A DNA stretch of 64,000 bases from an uncultured Candidatus Saccharibacteria bacterium (GCA_964459225.1 CAYWKB010000001.1:289318-353317), one strand, 5' to 3'. Numbered from the stretch's first letter, positions 1 through 9,741 are shown. Translations and numbers: made by a program. Notes: generated by a model not told the origin, from the letters alone.

Positions 1-1020
1 TCACAAGTACTATATAGGAAATACAGACCATTCAATTGGAATGATGTAATTGGCCAGGATCATGTAATAGATGTTCTAAAAAGCTCAATTGAAGCAGAGA
101 AAGTGGCGCATGCATACCTTTTTTCTGGTGGAAGGGGAACTGGAAAGACATCAATAGCGCGTATATTTTCAAGGGCATTAAAAATAAGTGATAATGATAT
201 TTATGAAATAGATGCAGCTTCAAATCGTGGTATAGATGATATAAGGGAAATAAGGGATGGAGTAAGTGTTTTACCTTTTGAATCAAAATACAAAGTTTAT
301 ATTATCGATGAGGTACATATGCTCACAAAAGAGGCATTTAATGCATTGCTTAAAACATTAGAAGAGCCACCAGCACATGCAATATTTATTTTAGCTACAA
401 CCGAAACAGAAAAGATTCCAGAAACAGTTATTTCGCGTTGCCAAGTTTTTACATTTAAAAAACCAAATAGAGAAATACTTAAAAACTTAGTAGGGAAAAT
501 TGCAAAAAAAGAAGGCTATAGTTTAGATTCAGGAGTGGCTGATTTAATATCAGTGCTCGGGGACGGTTCATTTAGAGATACGCTTGGAATATTACAAAAA
601 GTCCTAAGTCAGGCAAAAGATAAAAAGATTTTAATAAAAGAGGTGGAGGATATAACAGGAGCGCCAAAGAGTTCATTGGTAAATGATTTTACGATGACAA
701 TTACAAATCAAGAAAAAGAAAAAGCATTACAAATTATTTCTAAAGTAATTGAGGGTAATATTTCAATAAAAGTATTCATAGCACTTGTTTTAGAAAAATT
801 AAGATTGGCACTTATAATTAAAAATATAAGTAGTAAAGAAATTTTTGATAATTATAAAAAAGACATAGGAGAAGATGATTTTAAAATTATTGAGAGTATT
901 TCAAAATCAAAAATAAATTCAGGAATGCTGCTCGAAATAATAAAAGCATATGATATGACAGGGAAATCATATATAGAAAGTTTACCATTAGAATTGGCAG
1001 TTATTGCTATTTGTGGGTAG
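1..1020 (+). CDS. dnaX: DNA polymerase III subunit gamma/tau, 5'-partial, short form
   Basis: Frame open from base 1 (SQVLYRKYRPFNWNDVIGQDH); Walker A GGRGTGKT, EIDAASNRG, IIDEVHML, KTLEEPP, SRC motif. Confidence 0.96.
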   Translation, partial: SQVLYRKYRPFNWNDVIGQDHVIDVLKSSIEAEKVAHAYLFSGGRGTGKTSIARIFSRALKISDNDIYEIDAASNRGIDDIREIRDGVSVLPFESKYKVYIIDEVHMLTKEAFNALLKTLEEPPAHAIFILATTETEKIPETVISRCQVFTFKKPNREILKNLVGKIAKKEGYSLDSGVADLISVLGDGSFRDTLGILQKVLSQAKDKKILIKEVEDITGAPKSSLVNDFTMTITNQEKEKALQIISKVIEGNISIKVFIALVLEKLRLALIIKNISSKEIFDNYKKDIGEDDFKIIESISKSKINSGMLLEIIKAYDMTGKSYIESLPLELAVIAICG

Positions 1021-1056
1021 ATTTGATATAAAATTAATTGGAACAAATTACAAAAT

Positions 1057-1524
1057 ATGAATATCACATTACCACAACAATCAAATAAACCTTGCGTTTA
1101 CTGTTCAGTTCCAGAAATCAGAAATCGTGAGATTATGAGCAATGGACTAGCTTGGGCTTTTCCTACAAACATCCCGATAACTAAGGGACATACACTCATA
1201 AGTCCGAGGCGTTGCGTTGCAAACCTTGAAGGATTAACACTAGATGAGCTTACATCAATTTTTGATCTTGCAATAACCATCAAGTTTGCATTAAAGACAT
1301 TGTATGGGGCAGAAGGATTTAATTGTGTGTGGAATGAAGGAAAGTTGGCAGGTCAGTCTGTTCCACATTTTCATCTGCATATTATTCCTCGAAAGGATGG
1401 TGACACAGGACTTCTCGGATATGATCCAAGGAGTATGCTGTATCGAACAGGTGATCGCGAACCGACAACGGAAGATCAATTGTTGATTGTTAGGGATGAG
1501 ATAAGAAGGGTAATCACTCAGTAA
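1057..1524 (+). CDS. HIT family nucleotide hydrolase
   Basis: CxxC, GHTLI, AGQSVPHFHLHIIP histidine triad. Confidence 0.93.
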   Translation: MNITLPQQSNKPCVYCSVPEIRNREIMSNGLAWAFPTNIPITKGHTLISPRRCVANLEGLTLDELTSIFDLAITIKFALKTLYGAEGFNCVWNEGKLAGQSVPHFHLHIIPRKDGDTGLLGYDPRSMLYRTGDREPTTEDQLLIVRDEIRRVITQ

Positions 1525-1545
1525 TCATCTCGGGACACTTACACG

Positions 1546-1582
1546 AATACCGACTAGAAAATAGTCGGTATTTTCTTATTTT
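1546..1582 (+). terminator. Intrinsic terminator after HIT gene
   Basis: AATACCGACTA-gaaaa-TAGTCGGTATT followed by T-rich tract. Confidence 0.8.
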
Positions 1583-1663
1583 AAATAAAAAACCTCTAAA
1601 AATTTCATAATTATTTTATTTTAATTTTATTTGGATTTCATTTTGATTTGTTAGGGTTGATGA

Positions 1664-2053
1664 ATGGATTTTAGAAATCATAAAGATTTTATCAAAATAT
1701 ATTATATAAAATATAAAAAGATTGGATATGTAAAGTGTCCTGCTTTTAACTATGAAAAAGTCTATTTTAATAAACATGGTTTTCGTCATATTATCAGAAA
1801 AGGAAAGAAATTTAGAGAGATTAGTGAACAAATCGAAAGGCTTAATTTATTGAAATATGCCCCTATAATAATTGCTTCTAGTAAGAATATTAAAGATTAT
1901 AATAAAAATAGCACTAGTGCTAATAATAAGGATCAATATAAAACCGCTGATTTCTGGTCTTTTCTTCAGATTCATGATGATATAAAAATCATAGTTGTAA
2001 TAAGACAAGTGAAAGACGGCCCTAAGCATTTCTTCAGTATTATGCGTAAATAA
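1664..2053 (+). CDS. Basic hypothetical protein, possible BECR/RelE-like RNase fold
   Basis: 129 aa, K/R-rich, FNKHGFRHI near N-terminus and IVVIRQVKDGPKHFFSIM beta-hairpin end; fold assignment is inference. Confidence 0.55.
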   Translation: MDFRNHKDFIKIYYIKYKKIGYVKCPAFNYEKVYFNKHGFRHIIRKGKKFREISEQIERLNLLKYAPIIIASSKNIKDYNKNSTSANNKDQYKTADFWSFLQIHDDIKIIVVIRQVKDGPKHFFSIMRK

Positions 2054-2055
2054 AG

Positions 2056-2156
2056 CACAAAAGACCCCGAAGGGTCTTTCCATAGTGTTCGTCACCAGCG
2101 ACAATGCCGATTATATCAACTTGGTGTGCTATTCCAATGACCGCGAACATTATTAC
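2056..2156 (-). ncRNA. Candidate small structured RNA convergent on the 1664-2053 gene
   Basis: Minus-strand TTGACT-16nt-TAAGAT with extended TG (2189-2162), closing stem TGTTC/GAACA, terminator AAAGACCC-TTCG-GGGTCTTTT. Confidence 0.5.
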
Positions 2157-2203
2157 TCATAATCTTAACAAAGACGATTCTAAAGTCAACAATAAATTTA
2201 AAA

Positions 2204-2521
2204 TCACTTTATCTTCGTAATAATCTGATACTCATCTTCGTATAGGATTTCACTTGGTCGATCAATCATAATCATATCTACCTTACCAATTACTACTGAT
2301 TTATGCCAATCCATAAGTCCAGATTCTCTGTATTTTTTAAGTCCTTTTTCTGTCCAAAATGATATTGCTCCAGGATACTTTTCTCCTATTTTTGGCAACC
2401 AAGATCCATCTGGTTTATTTAACCTTCTCAAGTCGTCTTTTGGGCAATCTTTTTCTACAGCTTCATATATTCCAATGTTGCCTACAATAAATCTATAAAG
2501 TTTTTCAACACTATTTCCCAT
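2204..2521 (-). CDS. Hypothetical protein (~105 aa)
   Basis: ATG at 2521 overlaps the secA end; the longer start in the ORF track lies deep inside secA. Confidence 0.65.
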   Translation of the reverse strand: MGNSVEKLYRFIVGNIGIYEAVEKDCPKDDLRRLNKPDGSWLPKIGEKYPGAISFWTEKGLKKYRESGLMDWHKSVVIGKVDMIMIDRPSEILYEDEYQIITKIK

Positions 2522-5018
2522 GACACTTTTTGTATTTTTTACCACTTCCGCAAGGACACGGGTCATTTCTTCCTGCCTCATCTTTTTTTGAAGATGCTCC
2601 ACCTTGATTTGTATTATTGTCGCCATCCCCACTTCCTATTATTTGAGCATTTTCGTGAACCTCTTTTAATTTAACTGGTTCTTGAGTAATTATTCCTCCT
2701 GCAATATGTGGTATTAGCTCTGCTATTTTTAGATTTATTGCATTTTGCATTTCTTTAAATAGTCTCAATCCTTCTTTTTTATATTCAACTAGTGGATCAC
2801 GCTGACCATATGCACGTAGATTTACACTAGATCTTGTATAATCCATTATCTCAAGATGTTCTACCCAATACATATCTATTGTTTGTAATATTATTTGCTT
2901 AGCAACAGTTAAAAATCTCTCCTTTCCAATTTGATTTATTTTGTCCTCGATTATTTTGTTCAAATCTGAAAAAATATGCGTAGATGCTATTTCCTTTATT
3001 TCTTTTTCTATTATATCCATTCCTCCCATCAATATTTCTCTTCGTCTTCCATACACTGTCTTCCTTTGATGATTTAATATGTCATCGTATTCCAAGATAT
3101 GCTTTCTTGAGTCAAAGTTATGTCCTTCGATTTTGGTCTGAGCTGTTTCGAGTGATCTTGTGATTATCTTGTTTTGTATTGGTTCATCTTCTGCAACCCC
3201 AAGTCTTCCCATCAAACTTTTGATAGTATCTGAAGCAAATATTCTCATTAGTGAATCCTCAAGAGAAACAAAAAACTGTGTTGCACCAGGATCTCCTTGT
3301 CTCCCTGAACGACCTCTTAGCTGATTGTCTATTCTTCTTGCCTCATGTCTTTCAGTTCCAAGTACAAACAGTCCGCCAATTGATTTGATTTCTTCATACA
3401 AATCTTTTGTACTAGGATTTCCGCCAAGTTTAATATCAACTCCACGACCTGCCATATTTGTTGCTATCGTCACTGCACCTCTTTTTCCTGCTTGAGCGAT
3501 TATTTCTCCTTCTCTTTCATGATTCTTGGCATTAAGTATTTCATGTTTTACTCCCTCTGCCTTTAAAAATTCTGAAAGGACTTCATTTTTTTCAATTGAA
3601 ACTGTACCAATCAAAACTGGTTGACCTGTTTTATTTAATTCCTTTACCTTTCTTGCTATTGCCTTAAACTTTCCGATTTCAGTTTGGAAAATCAAATCAT
3701 CATGATCCAATCTTTGTATTGTTTTATTTGTAGGAACGACAATAGTTTCTAATCCATATACCTTATAAAATTCCTCACTTGAAGTTGATGCTGTACCTGT
3801 CATTCCTGAAAGTTTTTTATACAATCTAAAATAGTTTTGGAAAGTAATAGATGCATAGGTACGAGATTCTTTTTGAACTGAAACTCCTTCCTTTGCCTCT
3901 ATTGCTTGATGAAGTCCATCTGACCAACGTCTTCCGGGCTGAAGTCTACCTGTAAATGTATCGACTATAACTATTTGATTATCTTTAACAACGTATTCAG
4001 AATTTAAATTATAAAGAGCCTTGGCCTTTACTGCAGTCTCCAAATGATGAACGTATTTGATTCCTTTTTCTGTATAAATATTTTCGACACCCAATTTCTT
4101 CTCGGCTTTTTCTATTCCTTTTGGTGTAAGACTTATATTTCTATTTTTTTCATCAACTGTATAATCTTCATCTTTATTAAATTCACGAACCATAATTGAA
4201 AATATTTGATATAGATTTTCGGAATCAGTTGTTGGTGCAGAAATGATAAGAGGAGTACGCGCTTCGTCTATAAGTATTGAGTCGATTTCGTCCACAATGG
4301 CATAGTTGAAATCTCTTTGACGTAGGGAAGATTCTTCGTATTCTAAATTGTCTCTAAGATAATCAAAGCCGAATTCATTGTTAGTACCATAAGTTATATC
4401 TGCCGAATACGCCTCTCTACGAGATACTGGCTTAAGGAATTCATGAACAACTTTAAATGATCCAAGTTCATCACGCTTTTTATCTAAATTTTCATCTGAT
4501 TCATTTGAAGAAATATGTTTTGGATCATATATAAAAGAAGTTTCGTGATTTATAACTCCAGTTGTAAGTCCTAGAAAATTATATATTTGTCCCATCCAAA
4601 CCGCATCACGTCTTGATAGGTAATCGTTTACAGTTACAACATGTACTCCTTTACCTGAAAGTGCATTCAAATATGCGGGAAGGGTAGCTACCAAAGTTTT
4701 TCCTTCACCTGTTCGCATTTCACCTATATTTCCATAATGTAAAATTGCACCACCTATTATCTGTACATCAAAATGTCTTTGACCAGAAACTCTCTTTGAA
4801 GCCTCGCGTACAACTGCAAATGCTTCAGGGAGTATATTGTTTAGTGATTCACCGCTTGAAATTCTTTTTTTGAATTCTTGAGTTTTATTTTTTAAAGCAT
4901 CGTCTGAAAGGGAAGAGATAGCAGTTTCAAATGAATTAACCTCAACTAAAATAGCCTCATATTTTTTGAGTAGTTTTTTATTATTATCACCAAAAATGTT
5001 TTTTAATGAAAACGCCAT
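2511..5018 (-). CDS. secA: Preprotein translocase ATPase SecA
   Basis: MRTGEGKT, IVDEIDSILIDEARTPLIIS, ATNMAGRG, QLRGRSGRQGDPG, C-terminal GRNDPCPCGSGKKYKKCHG. Confidence 0.99.
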   Translation of the reverse strand: MAFSLKNIFGDNNKKLLKKYEAILVEVNSFETAISSLSDDALKNKTQEFKKRISSGESLNNILPEAFAVVREASKRVSGQRHFDVQIIGGAILHYGNIGEMRTGEGKTLVATLPAYLNALSGKGVHVVTVNDYLSRRDAVWMGQIYNFLGLTTGVINHETSFIYDPKHISSNESDENLDKKRDELGSFKVVHEFLKPVSRREAYSADITYGTNNEFGFDYLRDNLEYEESSLRQRDFNYAIVDEIDSILIDEARTPLIISAPTTDSENLYQIFSIMVREFNKDEDYTVDEKNRNISLTPKGIEKAEKKLGVENIYTEKGIKYVHHLETAVKAKALYNLNSEYVVKDNQIVIVDTFTGRLQPGRRWSDGLHQAIEAKEGVSVQKESRTYASITFQNYFRLYKKLSGMTGTASTSSEEFYKVYGLETIVVPTNKTIQRLDHDDLIFQTEIGKFKAIARKVKELNKTGQPVLIGTVSIEKNEVLSEFLKAEGVKHEILNAKNHEREGEIIAQAGKRGAVTIATNMAGRGVDIKLGGNPSTKDLYEEIKSIGGLFVLGTERHEARRIDNQLRGRSGRQGDPGATQFFVSLEDSLMRIFASDTIKSLMGRLGVAEDEPIQNKIITRSLETAQTKIEGHNFDSRKHILEYDDILNHQRKTVYGRRREILMGGMDIIEKEIKEIASTHIFSDLNKIIEDKINQIGKERFLTVAKQIILQTIDMYWVEHLEIMDYTRSSVNLRAYGQRDPLVEYKKEGLRLFKEMQNAINLKIAELIPHIAGGIITQEPVKLKEVHENAQIIGSGDGDNNTNQGGASSKKDEAGRNDPCPCGSGKKYKKCHGK

Positions 5019-5065
5019 AATGTGCTTGGCACTATATCATAAAAAGGATAATAAAAAAAGGTTAT

Positions 5066-6085
5066 TTACTCTACATACTCAACCTCAGGGAATATTTCAA
5101 TACTAGTTTCTGCATAAACTTTATCCACCATTTTTTGTGCAAGGTTCACTATGTCATTTGCTGTAGCATTTCCATAATTTATTAAAACCAAAGCCTGACT
5201 TTTATATGTGCCTACTTCACCTATTTTTACTCCACGAAAACCGCAAACATGGTCGAGTATCCATGCTAGTGGAATTTTAACTTTTTTATCGTTAACAGAA
5301 TGCACTATCATATCTGGATACTTTGCTATTAATTCCTTTGCCTTATTTGTTGAGACTATAACATTTTTGAAAAATGAACCTGCGGTACCGTATTGTTTAA
5401 GATCAGGTAACTTCCTTGTTCTAATATCGACAATTGCTTCGCGTACTTGTTTTAAATTTGGTTCGCTAATCTTTTTGAATGAAAAATATTCATCAAGGTC
5501 TTTGTATTTTGTATTCAATTTACCTTTTTTATTTAATTTAAAAATAACTGAAAGTATTACATATCTATTTTTTTCTTTTTTAAAAATACTGTCTCTATAA
5601 TCAAATTTGCAATCTATATTTTTGAATGTCTTGTATTCATCATTTTTAATATCTAAAACATATACTGATTCAATTGTGTCTTTTGCTTCGCTTCCGTATG
5701 CACCAATATTTTGAACAGGAGAGGCTCCTACCGTGCCAGGTATCAATGAAAGATTTTCTAAACCATAATATCCTTTTTCAACAGTTTCTTTTACCAAATT
5801 ATCCCAATCTTCACCTGCCATAGCGGTGACAAGTACATTGTCGCCATCTTCCTTGTATGTAATACCTTTCATTTCAATTTTAATAACAATGCCAGGAAAG
5901 CCAGCATCAGATACTAAAAGATTTGAGCCACCACCTAAAATAAAGAAAGGAATTTTATTTTTCTTAGAAAAACCGATTGCTTCTATGAGTTCATCATCAT
6001 TTGTTGCAATACAAAAATATCGAGCAGGACCGCCGATTTTAAAAGTGGTGTATTTACTGAGAGAAATGTTTTCTAGGATTTTCAT
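5066..6085 (-). CDS. murB: UDP-N-acetylenolpyruvoylglucosamine reductase
   Basis: TTFKIGGPA, LGGGSNLL, IPGTVGASPVQNIGAYG, GSFFKN. Confidence 0.97.
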   Translation of the reverse strand: MKILENISLSKYTTFKIGGPARYFCIATNDDELIEAIGFSKKNKIPFFILGGGSNLLVSDAGFPGIVIKIEMKGITYKEDGDNVLVTAMAGEDWDNLVKETVEKGYYGLENLSLIPGTVGASPVQNIGAYGSEAKDTIESVYVLDIKNDEYKTFKNIDCKFDYRDSIFKKEKNRYVILSVIFKLNKKGKLNTKYKDLDEYFSFKKISEPNLKQVREAIVDIRTRKLPDLKQYGTAGSFFKNVIVSTNKAKELIAKYPDMIVHSVNDKKVKIPLAWILDHVCGFRGVKIGEVGTYKSQALVLINYGNATANDIVNLAQKMVDKVYAETSIEIFPEVEYVE

Positions 6086-6098
6086 ATAATAGTGTTTT

Positions 6099-6191
6099 GT
6101 AAAATCAGACGAACCTACGGGGCGGAGAATTTTTATAGACCTAAGGTATATAAAAATTACTACGCCCGCAAGATAGGTGAGACGATTTTAC
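6099..6191 (-). repeat. Diverged copy of the GTAAAA...TTTTAC hairpin repeat family
   Basis: Terminal inverted repeat GTAAAATC/GATTTTAC; minus strand shares CTC, CTTGCG, CTCC, CCGT and GTCT blocks with 22332 and 23465; AT-rich central hairpin. Confidence 0.65.
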
Positions 6192-6339
6192 CAATTGCGC
6201 CGAATGTTGACGTACGGGTGTTAGCTCCAAATATAATGTCTAAATTAAGATGTGAGTACAGCCGTCCGTCATCACTTGGTACAATCTACAATAATATTAA
6301 CATAATAGATAGTGTGATGCATATGTGTACAAATAGAAA

Positions 6340-6442
6340 CAAAAAACCCTGCCGAGGCAGGATCTTATGTAGACATTTTATTTTGGATTGTACCAACAGC
6401 TAAGTTCAAATATAACTTCAAACTTTATCAGTACTCACACAT
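6340..6442 (-). ncRNA. Candidate hairpin sRNA upstream of tuf
   Basis: Minus TTGCAA-18nt-TATAAT; stems GTACTGATA/TGTTGGTAC and AAGTTTGAA/TTTGAACTT whose G-U pairs work only on minus; terminator CCTGCCTCGGCAGG-GTTTTTT. Confidence 0.55.
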
Positions 6443-6511
6443 GCATATTATAACTCAGAGAGCATATTTTTTGCAAATTATAATAAACATGGATATTTAC
6501 CCAAATAATTA

Positions 6512-6541
6512 TTGACTTATTTATATATCTTATGCTAACAT
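6512..6541 (+). promoter_or_regulatory. Putative sigma70 promoter of the tuf-S10 operon
   Basis: TTGACT-18nt-TAACAT with extended TG. Confidence 0.5.
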
Positions 6542-6616
6542 AGCAGTTACGCGTTTTTGCGTTGGCTTTAGTTATCTCTATATTAATAATTATTAATTTT
6601 TTATAAATAAAATATT

Positions 6617-7804
6617 ATGGCATCAGAATTTAATCGTTCAAAACCACATGTAAACGTAGGTACAATCGGACACGTTGACCACGGAAAGACAACTCTTACT
6701 ACTTCTATTCTTGCAGTTCAAGCAAAAGATGGATTAGCACAGCTTAAGGCTTATGCTGATATTGCTAAGGGAGGTACTGTTCGTGATGCAACAAAGGTTG
6801 TTACTATTTCACTTGCTCACGTTGAATACGAGTCAGACGCAAGACATTATGCTCATATCGACGCCCCAGGACACGCAGACTATATAAAGAACATGATTAC
6901 AGGTGCCGCTCAAATGGACGGTGCTATACTAGTAGTATCAGCTCTTGATGGAGTTATGCCACAAACAAGAGAGCATATTCTTCTTGCAAAGCAAGTTGGA
7001 GTTCCACAAATAGTAGTATTCCTAAACAAGTGCGATATGGTTCCTGAAGCAGATCTTCTAGATCTAGTTGAAGAAGAAGTACGTGATCTTCTAACAAAGA
7101 ACGGCTTTGACGGAAAGGGTGCACCAGTTATAAGAGGTTCAGCTTTGAAGGCTCTTGAGGGTGATGCAGCATGGGTATCAAAGATAAAGGATCTTATGAA
7201 GGCTCTTGATACATATATTCCTATGCCAGTTCGTGAAGTTGATAAGCCATTCCTAATGCCAATCGAAGACATATTCTCAATTGAAGGACGTGGTACTGTA
7301 GTAACAGGACGTATTGAAAGAGGTATGGTAAAGGTAGGTGAAGAAGTTGAAATCATCGGTTTCAAGGATACTTCAAAGACTACAATTACAGGTATTGAAA
7401 TGTTTAATAAGTCACTAAAGGAAGGTATTGCAGGGGATAATGCCGGACTACTACTTAGAGGTACAGGAAAGGATGATGTTACTCGTGGTATGGTTCTTGC
7501 TAAGACAGGATCAGTTAAGCCTCATACAGACTTCGAAGCAGAAGTATATATTCTAAAGAAGGAAGAGGGAGGACGTCATACACCATTCTTCACAGGATAT
7601 AAGCCACAATTCTATATCAGAACAACAGACGTTACAGGTGAAGTAACACTTGCAACAGGAGTTGAAATGGTTATGCCAGGAGATACAGTTACATTTAAGG
7701 TAAAGCTAGTAGCTCCAGTAGCTATGGAGGACAAGATGAGATTTGCTATCCGTGAAGGAGGTAAGACAGTAGGTGCAGGTGTTGTAACAAAAATAGTTGC
7801 ATAA
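6617..7804 (+). CDS. tuf: Elongation factor Tu with atypical switch I
   Basis: [56 protein letters not shown]. Confidence 0.99.
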   Translation: MASEFNRSKPHVNVGTIGHVDHGKTTLTTSILAVQAKDGLAQLKAYADIAKGGTVRDATKVVTISLAHVEYESDARHYAHIDAPGHADYIKNMITGAAQMDGAILVVSALDGVMPQTREHILLAKQVGVPQIVVFLNKCDMVPEADLLDLVEEEVRDLLTKNGFDGKGAPVIRGSALKALEGDAAWVSKIKDLMKALDTYIPMPVREVDKPFLMPIEDIFSIEGRGTVVTGRIERGMVKVGEEVEIIGFKDTSKTTITGIEMFNKSLKEGIAGDNAGLLLRGTGKDDVTRGMVLAKTGSVKPHTDFEAEVYILKKEEGGRHTPFFTGYKPQFYIRTTDVTGEVTLATGVEMVMPGDTVTFKVKLVAPVAMEDKMRFAIREGGKTVGAGVVTKIVA

Positions 7805-7836
7805 TACAGTAAAATCTGATAAACATTAACAATACT

Positions 7837-8205
7837 ATGACCACTATCGCTAAAGAAAAAAAGGTAACAAAGGCAAAGACATCTTCAAAAGAGGGTGAAA
7901 TTGCAAAACTTAGAATACGTGTTCGTGCATACGAACATAAGATTCTTGATGCTTCTCTTAAGCAGATAATGGATACAGCTATTCGTTATGATGTACAGTT
8001 TTTTGGACCTATTCCATTACCAACTGAAATCAAAAAGTACACTGTAAACCGTGCATCATTTGTATTCAAAAATGCTCGTGAACAGTTTGAAATGAGAGTA
8101 CACAAGAGATTAATAGATATACTAAATCCAAATCAAAAGATTATTGAAGCTCTAACAAATCTTAGTTTGCCATCAGGGGTGAATATAGATGTAAAGATGA
8201 TGTAA
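7837..8205 (+). CDS. rpsJ: 30S ribosomal protein S10 with Lys-rich N-extension
   Basis: LRIRVRAYEH, GPIPLPT, REQFEMRVHKRLIDI. Confidence 0.98.
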   Translation: MTTIAKEKKVTKAKTSSKEGEIAKLRIRVRAYEHKILDASLKQIMDTAIRYDVQFFGPIPLPTEIKKYTVNRASFVFKNAREQFEMRVHKRLIDILNPNQKIIEALTNLSLPSGVNIDVKMM

Positions 8206-8230
8206 TACCGAATAACAGAACTCAAATTAT

Positions 8231-8797
8231 ATGAAAACTATAGGAAAATTTATTCTAGGAAGGAAGCTAAGCATGACACAAATCTTCGATAAGGAAGGGG
8301 TAGTTCATCCTGTAACAGTAATTGAAGTATCTCCTATATCAGTTTCTCAAGTAAAAACAAAAGAAAAAGATGGATACACAGCTATTCAATTAACTTCTAA
8401 AAAAGGAAAAATAGAAACAAAAAGAGAGTACAGAACAGAGGACACAACTAAAAATGTTGGCGATGCTCTAGGTGTATTACTTTTCAACGAAGGAGATGAA
8501 ATAGAGGTTAGTGCAATCTCAAAGGGTAAAGGTTTCCAAGGTGTAGTTAAGCGTCATGGTTTCGGTGGAGGACCAAGAACACACGGACAAAAGCACTCAG
8601 AACGTGAACCAGGATCAATCGGAGGAGGACTTAGAAATAAAGTTCCTAAAAAGATGAGAATGGCCGGAAGAATGGGTGGCGACAGAATAACAGTTAAAAA
8701 CCTTAAAGTAGTTCATATTGACTCAGAGGCAAATAAAATGTATATTCGAGGAGCTATTCCTGGAAAAAGAGGAACTGTAGTTGAAATAAAAGGCTAG
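8231..8797 (+). CDS. rplC: 50S ribosomal protein L3
   Basis: MTQIF, SKGKGFQGVVKRHGF, PGSIG, MAGRMG. Confidence 0.98.
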   Translation: MKTIGKFILGRKLSMTQIFDKEGVVHPVTVIEVSPISVSQVKTKEKDGYTAIQLTSKKGKIETKREYRTEDTTKNVGDALGVLLFNEGDEIEVSAISKGKGFQGVVKRHGFGGGPRTHGQKHSEREPGSIGGGLRNKVPKKMRMAGRMGGDRITVKNLKVVHIDSEANKMYIRGAIPGKRGTVVEIKG

Positions 8798-8816
8798 TTA
8801 AATACCGTAAAATATC

Positions 8817-9467
8817 ATGGAAACAACAATATACAATCAAAAAGGACAAGAAGCAGGAAAGATGAAAATCCCAGAATCAGTTTTTGGTATTCCTTGGAAT
8901 GCTGACTTGGTTCATCAAGTGGTTGTTTCAATGATGTCTAGTGCTCGTCATCCAATCGCAAATACAAAAACTCGCGGTGAAGTAAGTGGAGGAGGTAAAA
9001 AGCCTTGGCAACAAAAAGGAACAGGACGCGCTCGCCACGGTTCTACAAGATCACCTATTTGGGTTGGTGGAGGTATTGCTCATGGACCAAGAGCGGATAA
9101 GAATTATGATAGAAAGGTAAATAAAAAGGCAAAGATAAAGGCGCTATATACTATTCTTTCTAAAAAGTTCAAGGATGGTGAAATATTGTTTGTTGATTCA
9201 CTTTCATTTACTGCTCCAAAGGCTAGTGAAGCTAAATCAACTCTAATGGCTTTTTCAAAAGTAAAAGGATTTGAAAAGTTTGCTACAAAACCTAAAAATG
9301 TTGCTATTCTAGCAATAGAAAAAAAGACTCCTGAAATCATGAAGAGTTTCAAAAATTTTGGAAATCTAGAAGTTGAAGAATTCAGAACAATTAATCCTGT
9401 ATCAGTTCTTAATCATAAATATTTGGTTATTGCTAATGCAAAGGAAAGTCTAAAAAATTTAAAATAA
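8817..9467 (+). CDS. rplD: 50S ribosomal protein L4
   Basis: [27 protein letters not shown]. Confidence 0.98.
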   Translation: METTIYNQKGQEAGKMKIPESVFGIPWNADLVHQVVVSMMSSARHPIANTKTRGEVSGGGKKPWQQKGTGRARHGSTRSPIWVGGGIAHGPRADKNYDRKVNKKAKIKALYTILSKKFKDGEILFVDSLSFTAPKASEAKSTLMAFSKVKGFEKFATKPKNVAILAIEKKTPEIMKSFKNFGNLEVEEFRTINPVSVLNHKYLVIANAKESLKNLK

Positions 9468-9471
9468 TTTT

Positions 9472-9741
9472 ATGAATACACTTTTAAGACCAAGAATTAC
9501 AGAAAAGTCAGGAATAATGAGTGAAACTCAAAATATTTATACATTTGAGGTTCTTAAGGATTCAACAAAGGATAGTATTGCTCGTGAAGTAAAGGCACTA
9601 TATAAAGTTACTCCAGTAAAGATAACAATAGTTAATCTTCCAGCCAAAAAGGTTTTTGTAAGAGGAAAAAAGGGAACTCATTCTGCTGTTAAAAAGGCAA
9701 TGATTTACCTTAAAAAGGGAGATAAGATAAATTTTATATAA
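9472..9741 (+). CDS. rplW: 50S ribosomal protein L23
   Basis: RPRITEKS, YTFEV, KKAMIYLK; position in S10 operon. Confidence 0.96.
   Translation: MNTLLRPRITEKSGIMSETQNIYTFEVLKDSTKDSIAREVKALYKVTPVKITIVNLPAKKVFVRGKKGTHSAVKKAMIYLKKGDKINFI

Noticed and set aside
2522-2632. Extended 5' part of the 2204-2632 ORF
   Set aside because: Overlaps secA coding sequence; ATG 2521 gives an ordinary short overlap.
6092-6403. 103-aa ORF upstream of tuf
   Set aside because: Runs through the hairpin repeat and candidate RNA structures, has a GTG start without RBS and no recognisable motif.
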